From the NCBI GenBank assembly GCA_036381315.1, contig DASVDB010000108.1, positions 22,104 to 86,103 of the forward strand: a stretch of DNA of 64,000 nucleotides, given 5' to 3'. This stretch comes from Bacilli bacterium. Lineage in GTDB: Bacteria; Bacillota; Bacilli; Paenibacillales; KCTC-25726. The notes beneath the pieces were generated by a model. That model did no database searches, was not told where the DNA came from, and saw only the letters and a program-made list of their open reading frames with translations. Position numbers and translations under genes: made by a program. Positions 8,372 through 18,400 of this stretch are shown in pieces (the first letter of the stretch is position 1; the number at the start of each line of letters is the position of its first letter).

Positions 8372-9406
8372 ATGGATCGGGAAATTAATATTAGCGATGT
8401 TGCCGAGCGAGCCGGCGTGTCCATAGCCACCGTTTCGAATGTGATTAACGACAAAGGCCGCGTCTCGGAAAAAACAAAATTAAAAGTAAAAAAGATTATT
8501 GAACAACTGGGGTACGCCCCGAATTTGCCCGCCAGGCATTTGAAAACCCGCAGGACCCATTTGATCGGCCTGGTTGTGCCGACGATGAAGCCGGGACGGC
8601 TGCAAGACAACCCGTTTTATTGGGATCTGCTTGCGGGCGTGGAAGAGGTGGCCAGGGACCACAATTTCCATATCATTCTGACCGGGATTGATGAGCGGAC
8701 CGAGACATTCTCGTTCGTTCGCGAACGAATGCTTGACGGATTAATTATGATCGGGGTCAATGAGCGCTCGAAAGCCCTTAAACGGGTTATGAATCTGCGC
8801 ATCCCGACGGTCTATATCGACAGTTATTTGCAGGACCCCGCTTTATATCAAGTGTGCATCGATGACCGCAGGGGAGGGTATTTGGCCACCAAATATTTGA
8901 TCAGCCAGGGACATACCCGCATCGCGCTGTTGATTGGCGATATCGATATGAAGCAAATTTCCTATTACGGGGTTTTGCATGCCAGATGGCTTGGCTATCG
9001 CGACGCCTTGGACGAAGCCGGACTAAAGTATGATCCCGAACTCATGATCAAGCTGCCCACATCGATGGAGGGAGGTTTTCGCGCCGCCTCCAGACTCGTT
9101 GCGATGGAAAAAGTAACCGCTGTCTTTTCGTTTTCCGATATCAGCGCGATGGGTTTGGTGAAAGGTTTGAAAGAAGCGGGCAAAAAAGTGCCTGACGATT
9201 ATTCGGTAATAGGCTTCGATAACCTGTTTGTCTCCGGTTTTACGTTGCCGGCGTTGTCGACGGTATCGCAAAATATTTTGGAAAAAGGGCAGCTATCGAT
9301 CAAGCTTTTGCTCGATCAAATTGAAAAAAGGCCGATTATTTCCCGAAAGGTGGTGATGCCGGTTGAATTGGTGATTCGCGAAACAACGGGGTTGGCAAGA
9401 AACTAA
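8372..9406 (+). CDS. LacI-family transcriptional regulator
   Basis: N-terminal HTH (ISDVAERAGVSIATVSNVINDKGRVSEKTKLKV) and a periplasmic-binding-protein-like sugar-binding core. Confidence 0.9.
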   Translation: MDREINISDVAERAGVSIATVSNVINDKGRVSEKTKLKVKKIIEQLGYAPNLPARHLKTRRTHLIGLVVPTMKPGRLQDNPFYWDLLAGVEEVARDHNFHIILTGIDERTETFSFVRERMLDGLIMIGVNERSKALKRVMNLRIPTVYIDSYLQDPALYQVCIDDRRGGYLATKYLISQGHTRIALLIGDIDMKQISYYGVLHARWLGYRDALDEAGLKYDPELMIKLPTSMEGGFRAASRLVAMEKVTAVFSFSDISAMGLVKGLKEAGKKVPDDYSVIGFDNLFVSGFTLPALSTVSQNILEKGQLSIKLLLDQIEKRPIISRKVVMPVELVIRETTGLARN

Positions 9407-9434
9407 CACAAAGACTTACTGGGAGGTTCACACC

Positions 9435-10766
9435 ATGTTTACAAAGGGAAACAAGATTGTGCTGCTCGTTTTGTGTTTAATGCTTGTCATGTTGTCGCTT
9501 TCGGCATGCGGGCCGAAGCGGGATAATGCAAACGGGGGCGAGCAACCGGCGAATTCGCCTGCGGCAAGCGAGCAAACAGCCGCGCCGACAGATAATGCGG
9601 AAGCAAGCGCGATGCCGGAGAAACCGCAGGAACTTGCAATTTGGGCCGATACGGCGGAAGACAAACTTGCCGTGCTGAATGAACTTACGAAGAAATACAC
9701 GGAAAAAACCGGAATTCCCGTAAAAATTACGCCGATCGCCATGAATGACCAGCCGAAAACGTTGACGCTCGACGGGCCGGCCGGCAAAGGACCGGACTTG
9801 TTCTATCAACCGGGTATCGGGAAACTGGCGCTGGAAGGTCTGGTACAGCCGATGAACGTTCCGGAAGACGTGCTGAAGACCTATACGCCGGAATCGCTGA
9901 GCGCGTTAAGCGACGGCGGCAAATTGTACGGCTTGCCGTTTGTGGTTGAAACGTATGCGCTCTTTTACAACAAAGATTTGGTGCCCACTCCGCCGGCCAC
10001 GATCGCCGATCTGGAGCAAATCATGAAAGCGCAGACAGATAAAGCGAACGACAAGTACGGCTTTTTGTTCGACGCGACGAATTTCTACTTTGCCTGGGCG
10101 TTTATGGGCGGAAACAACGGGTATATTTTCAAGCCAAACGGCAATTCGTTCGATATTAACGACATCGGTCTGAACAAAGAAGGAGCGGTTGCCGGCGTCA
10201 AACTGATTCAGGATTGGTTTAAACAAGGATATTTGCCGAAGGGCGTGAACGGGGATATCGCCGGGGGCTTGTTCAACCAGGGCAAAGTCGGCGCGATTAT
10301 TAACGGTCCGTGGGCCGTGTCCGACTCCAAGAAACAATTGGGCGATAAATTTGCGGTAGCTCCGCTTCCGAAGCTGGCAAACGGCAATGTGCCGCAATCC
10401 TTTATCGGCGTGAAGGGCTGGATGCTCTCCAAATTCTCGAAAAACCCGGAATGGGCAACCGACCTTGCGGAATTTTTGACCAGCGCCGATTCGACGCTCA
10501 CCTATTTCAAACAAACCGGAGAAATTCCGCCGGTATTGGAAGTGTTAAGCAATCCGGTATTAACGAACGATCCGATTGTCGCCGGTTTCAGCGAACAAAT
10601 CAAGCACGGCTTGCCGTTCCCGAACGTGCCGGAACTGGATGCGGTATGGGATCCGATGGCGAACGCGCTCAAGTTTGCTGCGGAAGGCAAAGATGTGCAA
10701 ACGGTGTTGGATGAAGCGGTGAAGCAAGTCCAGGAAAAAATCAAAATGATGGGCGCAAGCAAGTAA
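9435..10766 (+). CDS. maltodextrin/alpha-glucan-type ABC transporter substrate-binding lipoprotein (MalE/MdxE-like)
   Basis: Lipobox LSLSACG. MalE-family segments: AIWADTAEDK, KGPDLFYQP, YGLPFVVETYALFYNKDL, IINGPWA, FIGVKGWMLSKFSKNPEWA. Confidence 0.8.
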   Translation: MFTKGNKIVLLVLCLMLVMLSLSACGPKRDNANGGEQPANSPAASEQTAAPTDNAEASAMPEKPQELAIWADTAEDKLAVLNELTKKYTEKTGIPVKITPIAMNDQPKTLTLDGPAGKGPDLFYQPGIGKLALEGLVQPMNVPEDVLKTYTPESLSALSDGGKLYGLPFVVETYALFYNKDLVPTPPATIADLEQIMKAQTDKANDKYGFLFDATNFYFAWAFMGGNNGYIFKPNGNSFDINDIGLNKEGAVAGVKLIQDWFKQGYLPKGVNGDIAGGLFNQGKVGAIINGPWAVSDSKKQLGDKFAVAPLPKLANGNVPQSFIGVKGWMLSKFSKNPEWATDLAEFLTSADSTLTYFKQTGEIPPVLEVLSNPVLTNDPIVAGFSEQIKHGLPFPNVPELDAVWDPMANALKFAAEGKDVQTVLDEAVKQVQEKIKMMGASK

Positions 10767-10783
10767 TAGCTGCAATTATGGAA

Positions 10784-10821
10784 AATGTGCTGGAAAGGGA
10801 TGCGGCCCTTTCCAGCACATT
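10784..10821 (+). other. intercistronic perfect stem-loop between the binding-protein and permease genes
   Basis: Arms aatgtgctggaaaggg / ccctttccagcacatt form a perfect 16-bp stem with a 6-nt loop. No T-run follows. Confidence 0.6.
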
Positions 10822-10841
10822 CTTGAAAAAGGTGGTACACC

Positions 10842-12140
10842 ATGCTTACAGAGACAACATCGAGCTCGCGGCAAAACCGCCGACATAGCACGACGGTCGC
10901 CACTATTTTATCAATAATCCCAGGCCTGGGTCAATTGTATAATCGCAGATATATTAAAGGAATTTTGCTTTTTGTCATATTTGTTTCGTTTTTTACCGTT
11001 TTCTACAATTTTTTAAACATCGGTTTTTGGGGCATTTACACGTTGGGGACCATTGCCGAATTGGATGATTCCCGCGCGCTCTTGGTGCAAGGATTGCTGG
11101 CTATCATCATCAGCGGATTCGCCGTCTTGCTCTATGTCGTAAATTTCATCGATGCGCGCAAAGACGCGCAAAAAATCAAGCAGGGCATCCGGATTGTATC
11201 CGTCAGTGAAGCGTTCAGCCGGACGTGGGATCATGGATTCCCCTATTTCATCGTTTTGCCGGGATTTTTTATCTTGATGTTTGTTGTTGTCTTCCCGTTG
11301 TTGTTCATGATTTGCCTTGCCTTTACGAACTACAATCTCTATAACGCGCCCCCTGCCAAACTGCTGGATTGGGTCGGGTTGGAAAACTTCAAGTCGCTCA
11401 TTACCGAGCCGTTATGGCGCAAAAGCCTGCTGTCGGTTCTCACCTGGACCATTGTCTGGACGGTCGTCGCTACAACTTTGCAAATCGCGCTTGCCTTGTT
11501 TTTATCCGTGTTGGTCAATGATGCGCGCGTCAAATTCAAGCGGCTGATTCGCACCGTATTTATTTTGCCGTGGGCGGTTCCTTCGTTCGTTACCATTCTT
11601 GTATTTGCGGCGATGTTCAATGATGATTTCGGCGCGATAAACCGGGATGTGCTTGCTCCTTTCGGCCTTCATGTCCCCTGGATGACCGATCCGAACTGGG
11701 CGAAGTTCACGATCATCATGATTCAGGTGTGGCTGGGCTTTCCGTTCGTGTTCGCCCTGTTCACCGGGGTTTTGCAAAGCATTTCCAAAGATTGGTTTGA
11801 GGCGGCGGATGTCGATGGCGGCAGCCGTTGGCAAAAGTTTCGTTACATCACGTTCCCGCATGTCATGTACGCCACGGCGCCATTGCTGATTATGCAGTAT
11901 GCCGGCAATTTCAACAACTTCAATATTATTTATTTGTTCAATAAGGGCGGACCGCCCGTTTTCGGCCAAAACGCCGGGGGGACGGATATTTTGATTTCCT
12001 GGGTGTACAAATTGACCTTTGACAGCAACAACTACATGATGGCGGCGGCGATATCCATCGTCATGGGCCTGTTTGTCGCCATATTCGCCCTGTATCAATT
12101 CAGCAAAACCCGATCATTCCGGGAGGAGGATGTTTATTAA
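10842..12140 (+). CDS. sugar ABC transporter permease (MalF/MdxF-like, with N-terminal extra TM segments)
   Basis: 432 aa, multi-TM. EAA-loop region SISKDWFEAADVDGGSRWQKFRYITFP. AAAAAGGTGG RBS. Confidence 0.85.
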   Translation: MLTETTSSSRQNRRHSTTVATILSIIPGLGQLYNRRYIKGILLFVIFVSFFTVFYNFLNIGFWGIYTLGTIAELDDSRALLVQGLLAIIISGFAVLLYVVNFIDARKDAQKIKQGIRIVSVSEAFSRTWDHGFPYFIVLPGFFILMFVVVFPLLFMICLAFTNYNLYNAPPAKLLDWVGLENFKSLITEPLWRKSLLSVLTWTIVWTVVATTLQIALALFLSVLVNDARVKFKRLIRTVFILPWAVPSFVTILVFAAMFNDDFGAINRDVLAPFGLHVPWMTDPNWAKFTIIMIQVWLGFPFVFALFTGVLQSISKDWFEAADVDGGSRWQKFRYITFPHVMYATAPLLIMQYAGNFNNFNIIYLFNKGGPPVFGQNAGGTDILISWVYKLTFDSNNYMMAAAISIVMGLFVAIFALYQFSKTRSFREEDVY

Positions 12141-12142
12141 CC

Positions 12143-12985
12143 ATGTCGCGAAAAATAAAATCCCGTTTCGAAGTTGCCGGCATTTATTTGATCGTGCTGG
12201 TGATGTTTATCGTGATTATTTATCCTCTTCTTTGGACGATCAGCATCTCTTTGAATCCCGGCACAAGCATGTTTAGCGCAAGCCTGATTCCGGAGCACTT
12301 GTCGTTTGAGCATTATCGGTGGCTGTTTGCGGACCCCAACAGCAATTATTTGCTTTGGTATAAAAATACGATTTATGTCGCCATTCTCACTTCTATCGCC
12401 TCGGTAATTGTCGTTTCGTTTATCGCCTACGCCTTTTCCCGCTTTCATTTTGTCGGGCGGAGATATGGCATATACAGCTTTTTAATCCTGCAAATGTTCC
12501 CTGTCATGATGGGAATGGTGGCGATTTATTTGCTGCTTAATGTAGTCGGGCTGTTGGATACCATGTACGGTCTGGTCATTATTTATATCGGCGGCGGGTT
12601 GCCGATGAACGTATTTCTGGTAAAAGGGTATCTTGACACCATCCCGAAAGATTTGGATGAAGCTGCGAAAATCGATGGAGCGGGCTATTTGCGAATTTTT
12701 TTCAAAGTGCTGATGCCGCTGGCCAAGCCCATTTTGGCGGTTGTCGCATTGTTTAATTTCATGGCTCCGTTCATGGATTTTTTGCTTCCCCGCATCATTT
12801 TGCGCAGTCCGGAAAAGTTTACGCTGGCTCTTGGTCTGTTTAATTTTATCAGCGATAAAGTGGCCAACAACTTTACGCGCTTTTCGGCAGGAGCCGTGTT
12901 AATCGCCCTTCCCATCTCCATCGTATTTTTATTTTTGCAGCGTTACCTGATTTCCGGGTTGGCAGAAGGCGGCACAAAAGGCTAA
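12143..12985 (+). CDS. sugar ABC transporter permease (MalG/MdxG-like)
   Basis: 280 aa. EAA loop IPKDLDEAAKIDGAGYLRIFFKVLMPLAKP. Confidence 0.85.
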   Translation: MSRKIKSRFEVAGIYLIVLVMFIVIIYPLLWTISISLNPGTSMFSASLIPEHLSFEHYRWLFADPNSNYLLWYKNTIYVAILTSIASVIVVSFIAYAFSRFHFVGRRYGIYSFLILQMFPVMMGMVAIYLLLNVVGLLDTMYGLVIIYIGGGLPMNVFLVKGYLDTIPKDLDEAAKIDGAGYLRIFFKVLMPLAKPILAVVALFNFMAPFMDFLLPRIILRSPEKFTLALGLFNFISDKVANNFTRFSAGAVLIALPISIVFLFLQRYLISGLAEGGTKG

Positions 12986-13010
12986 AAGACATAAAAGTGG
13001 AGGGAAACAC

Positions 13011-15398
13011 ATGGATACAAGCCTGTCAATTCATCCTGACAACTTTACAGCTAGGGAACAGGTCTCTTTTGCCGATATCGGTGATCTGATCGCCGTCGAG
13101 AAGGAGCAAGACGCATATTTGTTGCGCTGCGCACAGGGATATGTGTCCATTCAATTTATTGCGGAACATATCGTCCGTATTGTCATGAATGCGTCGCAGC
13201 CGCCGAATTTGCGCTCCGGCAGCCAGGCCGTCCGGCTTGCGCCGCAATCGATCGCGACCGAAATGGAAGAACAAGCGGAACGCATTGTGCTTAGCGGCGG
13301 CGCTGTGCGCCTGGAAATCGGCAAAGCTCCCGTACGCATACGGATTCAGGATGCCGCGGGGAATACGCTGCTCGATGAGGGCGAACATGGGCTATGCATA
13401 AGCGGCAATGGCGAATTGGCCTGCTATAAGCGAAAACAGGCGGGGGATCGCTTTTATGGCTTTGGCGAAAAGTCGGGTTATCTGGATAAAAACGGAACGC
13501 AAATTGTGATGTGGAACACGGACGTTTATGCGCCGCATAACCCGGAAACGGACCCGCTCTATGTCTCTATTCCTTTTTACATGACCAACCGTGGCGGCAA
13601 CGCGTTCGGGGTGCTGGTGGACAACACCGGCAAGACAACGTTTGATCTCAGGCAAAGAGAAGAATATTGCTTTGTCGCCGAAGGCGGCCAGTTGGCTTAC
13701 TATTTTATCGCCGGTCCGACGCTCAAGGAAGTTGTTTCGCGGTATACGGCATTGACCGGCCGCGCGCCGCTGTGGCCGAAATGGGCGTTCGGCTATCATC
13801 AATCGCGCTTCAGCTATGAAACGGAAGAGCAAGTACGCTTAATCGTGCGCACTTTCCGGGAAAAGCGGATCCCGCTCGACGCGATCTATCTGGATATACA
13901 CTATATGGACGGCTACCGCGTTTTTACCGTCGACCGCAGCCGCTTTCCCAACTTCGAACAATTGATTAAGGACTTGCTGGACCAGGGTGTGCGGGTCGTC
14001 CCGATCGTGGACCCCGGCGTCAAGGAAGATGCCGAATATGCCATATACGCGGAAGGCCTGAAACGATCCGTGTTTTGTAAAAAGCCCGACGGGAGTGTTT
14101 TTTACGGCCCCGTTTGGCCCGGAAATAGCGCGTTTCCCGATTTCAGCGAAGCTCGCGTTCGCGAATGGTGGGGCAAGAACCATAAGGAATTTGTCGCCGC
14201 CGGAATCGAGGGAATCTGGAATGATATGAACGAACCTTCCGTTTTTCAGGATTCCAAAACGATGGATTTGGATGTTCTGCATGGCAACAACGGCGAGCCC
14301 GCTCCGCATCAGGCATTGCATAACGCTTACGGACAATTAATGGCGCAATCGACCTATGAAGGATTATACGAAGAATTAAACGGACGGCGTCCGTTTGTCC
14401 TGACACGGGCCGGTTACGCCGGCATTCAGCGCTACGCGGCGGTTTGGACTGGAGATAACCGCAGTTTCTGGGAGCATCTGCAAATGGCTATTCCGATGTG
14501 TTTAAACCTGGGCCTATCCGGCGTCGCCATGGCCGGCGCGGATGTAGGCGGGTTTGCATTTGACGCGAACGGCGAATTGCTGGTGCGCTGGACGCAGGCC
14601 GGGGCGTTTTTTCCGTTTTTCCGCAACCATAGCGAAATTAAATCGGTCAGACAAGAACCATGGGCGTTTGGCGAAGAAATTGAAAAAATTGTCACCCGAT
14701 ACATTGAACTGCGTTACCGCTGGCTGCCGCATTTCTATAATTTGCAAAGAGAATGCGCGCTTACCGGCATGCCGCTGATGCGCCCGCTCGTTTTGGAGTA
14801 TCCCGATGATGCGAACACTTACAATCTCAACGATCAGTTTCTGATCGGCGACTCTGTTCTGATCGCTCCGGTCATGCAGCCCGATATGGAACGGCGGCTC
14901 GTTTATTTGCCTGCAGGCGACTGGGTGGATTATTGGACGAACGAGCATCTGCGCGGGGGCCGCTGTTATATCGCCACTGCGCCGCTCGATACATTGCCGA
15001 TTTATATCAAATCCGGCGCGGTCATTTTCCAAAGCCCGGTAAGGCAAAGCACAAAAGAAGCGATGCAAGAGTTGGCGATGTACGTCTATTTTGCGGAAAA
15101 GGTGCAAACGGCAACTTATCGCTTTTATGACGATGATGGTGAAACGATTAATCACAAAAACGGCGAGTATTACGAAGAATCCGGGTCTGTTTCGCTTGCC
15201 GCAGGCAGTCTCGAAATCCGCATCACGATTGAGCATGATGGCTACACCCCGGAATGGAAAAGAAAACGCCTTCTTTATGTTCAGGGGGTAAGCGAACGGC
15301 TTCCGGTCGTGTTGAACGGGCAGCCTGTGCCGGAAGAACAAATTCATTTTGCCGCAGACAAGCGGATGCTGTCCATATCGCTCGCCGATGGAAAATAG
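13011..15398 (+). CDS. GH31 alpha-glucosidase
   Basis: 795 aa. GH31 signature GIWNDMNEPSVF (nucleophile Asp), acid/base region AAVWTGDNRSFWEHL, and FFRNHS. Confidence 0.9.
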   Translation: MDTSLSIHPDNFTAREQVSFADIGDLIAVEKEQDAYLLRCAQGYVSIQFIAEHIVRIVMNASQPPNLRSGSQAVRLAPQSIATEMEEQAERIVLSGGAVRLEIGKAPVRIRIQDAAGNTLLDEGEHGLCISGNGELACYKRKQAGDRFYGFGEKSGYLDKNGTQIVMWNTDVYAPHNPETDPLYVSIPFYMTNRGGNAFGVLVDNTGKTTFDLRQREEYCFVAEGGQLAYYFIAGPTLKEVVSRYTALTGRAPLWPKWAFGYHQSRFSYETEEQVRLIVRTFREKRIPLDAIYLDIHYMDGYRVFTVDRSRFPNFEQLIKDLLDQGVRVVPIVDPGVKEDAEYAIYAEGLKRSVFCKKPDGSVFYGPVWPGNSAFPDFSEARVREWWGKNHKEFVAAGIEGIWNDMNEPSVFQDSKTMDLDVLHGNNGEPAPHQALHNAYGQLMAQSTYEGLYEELNGRRPFVLTRAGYAGIQRYAAVWTGDNRSFWEHLQMAIPMCLNLGLSGVAMAGADVGGFAFDANGELLVRWTQAGAFFPFFRNHSEIKSVRQEPWAFGEEIEKIVTRYIELRYRWLPHFYNLQRECALTGMPLMRPLVLEYPDDANTYNLNDQFLIGDSVLIAPVMQPDMERRLVYLPAGDWVDYWTNEHLRGGRCYIATAPLDTLPIYIKSGAVIFQSPVRQSTKEAMQELAMYVYFAEKVQTATYRFYDDDGETINHKNGEYYEESGSVSLAAGSLEIRITIEHDGYTPEWKRKRLLYVQGVSERLPVVLNGQPVPEEQIHFAADKRMLSISLADGK

Positions 15399-15424
15399 CG
15401 AATACAAACAAAGGCGGTGTGAAC

Positions 15425-18400
15425 ATGATTAAACGGTTAGTCAAAACGGTTTCTGTATTGCTTGTATGCTTGTTGCTCATTCCGCAATTGCCGATTTTGC
15501 CCGGCGTCTTTGGCGGTAACGGGGGAGTTGTTTACGCCGAAAGCGCGGCAGGCCCGACGAACGGAGTGTATGTAAGACTGAAAAACAGCTACACCGGCGC
15601 GTACTTGTTCGAACGCGACGGGAAAGTGCAATATGGTCATCCGGAAGAAACGGATTTTACGTCGCAATGGCTGGTTGAGGATCATGGAACTTATCAGCGG
15701 CTGCAAAACCGCGCCACCGGCCATTACATGACGATGGAGCATGTCGTATCTTTCGGCGATCCGCTGGAAAGTCTGGATGTTGCCGACGATGATCTGTTTG
15801 CCGAATGGCACGTGCTGGACGCGGTCACTCCGGGGCTTAAGGTGATCCAGAGCGCAACCAACCCGGAACTATACATCCACGTGCAGGATAACACCGGATA
15901 CGCGCAATCGAGCAAAATTCCGCCGGATTGGGGTACGCCGCAGTGGGCGTTTGAGCCCGTGGCCGATTATGTGCAAATCAAGAACAGCTATACGGGCAAG
16001 TATTTGTTTGAGCAGGACGGCAAAGTGCTGTATGGGGACCCTGATCCCGCCGATCCCGCCTCCCATTGGCTGATTGAATCTTTTGACGGCAACGAGCGCA
16101 TTAAAAACCGCGCCACCGGCCATTACATGACGATGGAGCATGTGGTCTCTTTTGGCGATCCGCTGGAAAGTCTGGATGTTGCCGACGATGATCTGTTTGC
16201 TGAATGGCACGTGCTGGACGCGGTCACTCCGGGGCTTAAGGTGATTCAGAGCGTAACCAATCCGGAAATATACATCCATGTGCAGGATAACACCGGATAT
16301 GCGCAATCGAGCAAAATTCCGCCGGAATGGGGTACGCCGCAATGGCAATTGCTGGTCGTGAACGTGGATTACCCCTTCAACGAAGGCGGGAAAGATGACG
16401 GACCGGCTTATATTCGCATCAAGAATGATTATCTTGGCCTGTATATGTATGAGGATGACGGCATTGTTCGCTATGGCAACGTGCGCGCGGACGATCAAAC
16501 CGGCCATTGGTTGATTGAAAATGAGGATGGCGTGCAGCGCATCAAAAACCGCGCGACCGGCCATTATCTGAGCATTGCCGACGTCGCTTCGGACAAAGTC
16601 GCGGTCAAAGCGGTGGATGCGCCGGAAAGCGCGCAAACCGAGCAATGGATCATCGACAATCTCGATACCGCAGGCGTCAAGCTGATTCGCAACGTGGCGT
16701 ACGATGATCAATATTTGCATGTCGAAAAACAATTGGGATTTGTGCAATTCGGCGTCATTCCGCCGGAATGGGGCAGCCCGAAATGGGATTTTATCGAAGT
16801 AAATGATGCCGCTATTCCGCACTATGTGCGTCTGAAAAATCAATTTACCGGCCAATATCTGTATGCGGACGACGGGAAGGTTATGTATGGCAATCCCGAT
16901 CTGAACGATGCGCGCAGCCACTGGCTAATCGCGGATTTTAACGGCAACAAGCGCATCCAGAACCGTGCGAACGGCTGTTTTATGACGAATGAACATGTAA
17001 CGTCGTATATGGACCCGCTGGAATGTATTCCGGTCGAAGATTCCTGGGCCAGCGCGCAGTGGACAATGCGGGACGCGGCAACACCGGGCGATGTTGTGTT
17101 TGCGAATGTATGGCATCCCGAACAAGTGATCCATGTTGAGGATCAGTTAAGTTTCGCGCAAAGCAGCTCGATTCCGGAAAACTGGGGCAGCGCTCAATGG
17201 ACAAAGGAAGATGCTCCGGCGGACTTGCCGGTAACGATACCGGACGGTTTTGTGCATATCGTGAATGCCCAATCCGGCGCGCTTCTGTATGAAAATGCGC
17301 ACGGCATTGTGCAGTATGGAAATCCGGCCGCATCCGATCCCAATGCGCAATGGAAAGTGGTTCCCAATGGCGCATATATCACGCTGCAAAATCGTGGAAC
17401 CAATCATTTCATGAGTTTGCGCAATCATGAAGCGTTCGTGGAAAGCTTGGCAATCAGCGACATTCAGGATACGGAACAGTGGCAGCTTGAAAGCGCTCCC
17501 GCGTCGGGGAAAGTGCTGTTTAGAAGCGTTTCCCAACCTGAGCAGTATTTGCATATATCGTCCGGCGCAGGATTTGCCGAAGTCGGTTTGCGGTCGATCG
17601 AGTCCGCCGCCGTACAATGGACGTTCGAGCCCGCCGCGGATGAAATTGTGTTGCCGGAGCCGGGCGCTGGCGGGACGCAAATGGATACTGCCGTGTTCGC
17701 AGAAGCGAATCCGGTTCGGCTGCACAGCAGAGTGAACGGTTCGCTGCTATATGAAACGAACGGCACGGCCGCGGTCGGCAATCCGGTTGATCCGGCGGCT
17801 GCAGAATGGGTTATTCAGCATAAAAACGCGCATGTGCAGTTAATCAACCCATCATCCGGCGAACCGCTCACGGTGTCCGGGCAAAATGAGTGGGCATTGC
17901 GGCAGCAGGGCGACTGGATCGCTTTGTTCAGCGTATCGCAGCCGGACGCGCAAGTGTATGCCGATGGCGCAACATTGCGGCTGGGTACGCCGAACGAGGC
18001 TAATGCAGGGCAATGGTTGCGGGAAGTGATGAGCGGCACCGCCGTTTACGAGGCGGAGGAAGCGTTTATCTCCGGCGGCGCGGTCGTCGCAACGGATCAG
18101 AAAGGCTTCACCGGCGACGGATATGTGGATAATTTAACCGCGGCGAACGCGCGCGTCATTTTCGCGGTGAATGCGCAATCTGCCGGCGCCTATCGGATTC
18201 ATTTGCGGTATGCCAACGGATCGGGTTTAACGGCCGGATTGAAACTGCGAGTGAACGGTTTGAATGAACAACAGTTGTGGCTGGACAGCACCGGCGGCTG
18301 GGATGCGTGGGGATTGGCGCAAGCCGATGTGACGCTGCGCAAGGGCATCAATACGATCACTTTGGATCATGCAAGCGGTATTAGCGAGCATGTGAGCGTC

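Larger units (their letters stand above)
15560..18030 (+). repeat. array of six tandem ~399-nt (133-aa) ricin-B-like beta-trefoil modules inside the giant gene
   Basis: Each module starts Y(V/I)R(L/I)KN..TG.YL and contains three Q/E-W motifs, e.g. SQW, AEW, PQW in module 1. The sixth module is more diverged. Confidence 0.7.

Noticed and set aside
15254-15424. In-frame N-terminal extension of the giant ORF (ORF-track start 15254) overlapping the 3' end of the GH31 gene
   Set aside because: The extension has no RBS and reads as Arg/Cys-rich nonsense. A signal peptide begins exactly at ATG 15425, just after the GH31 stop, so the extension is an open-frame artefact.
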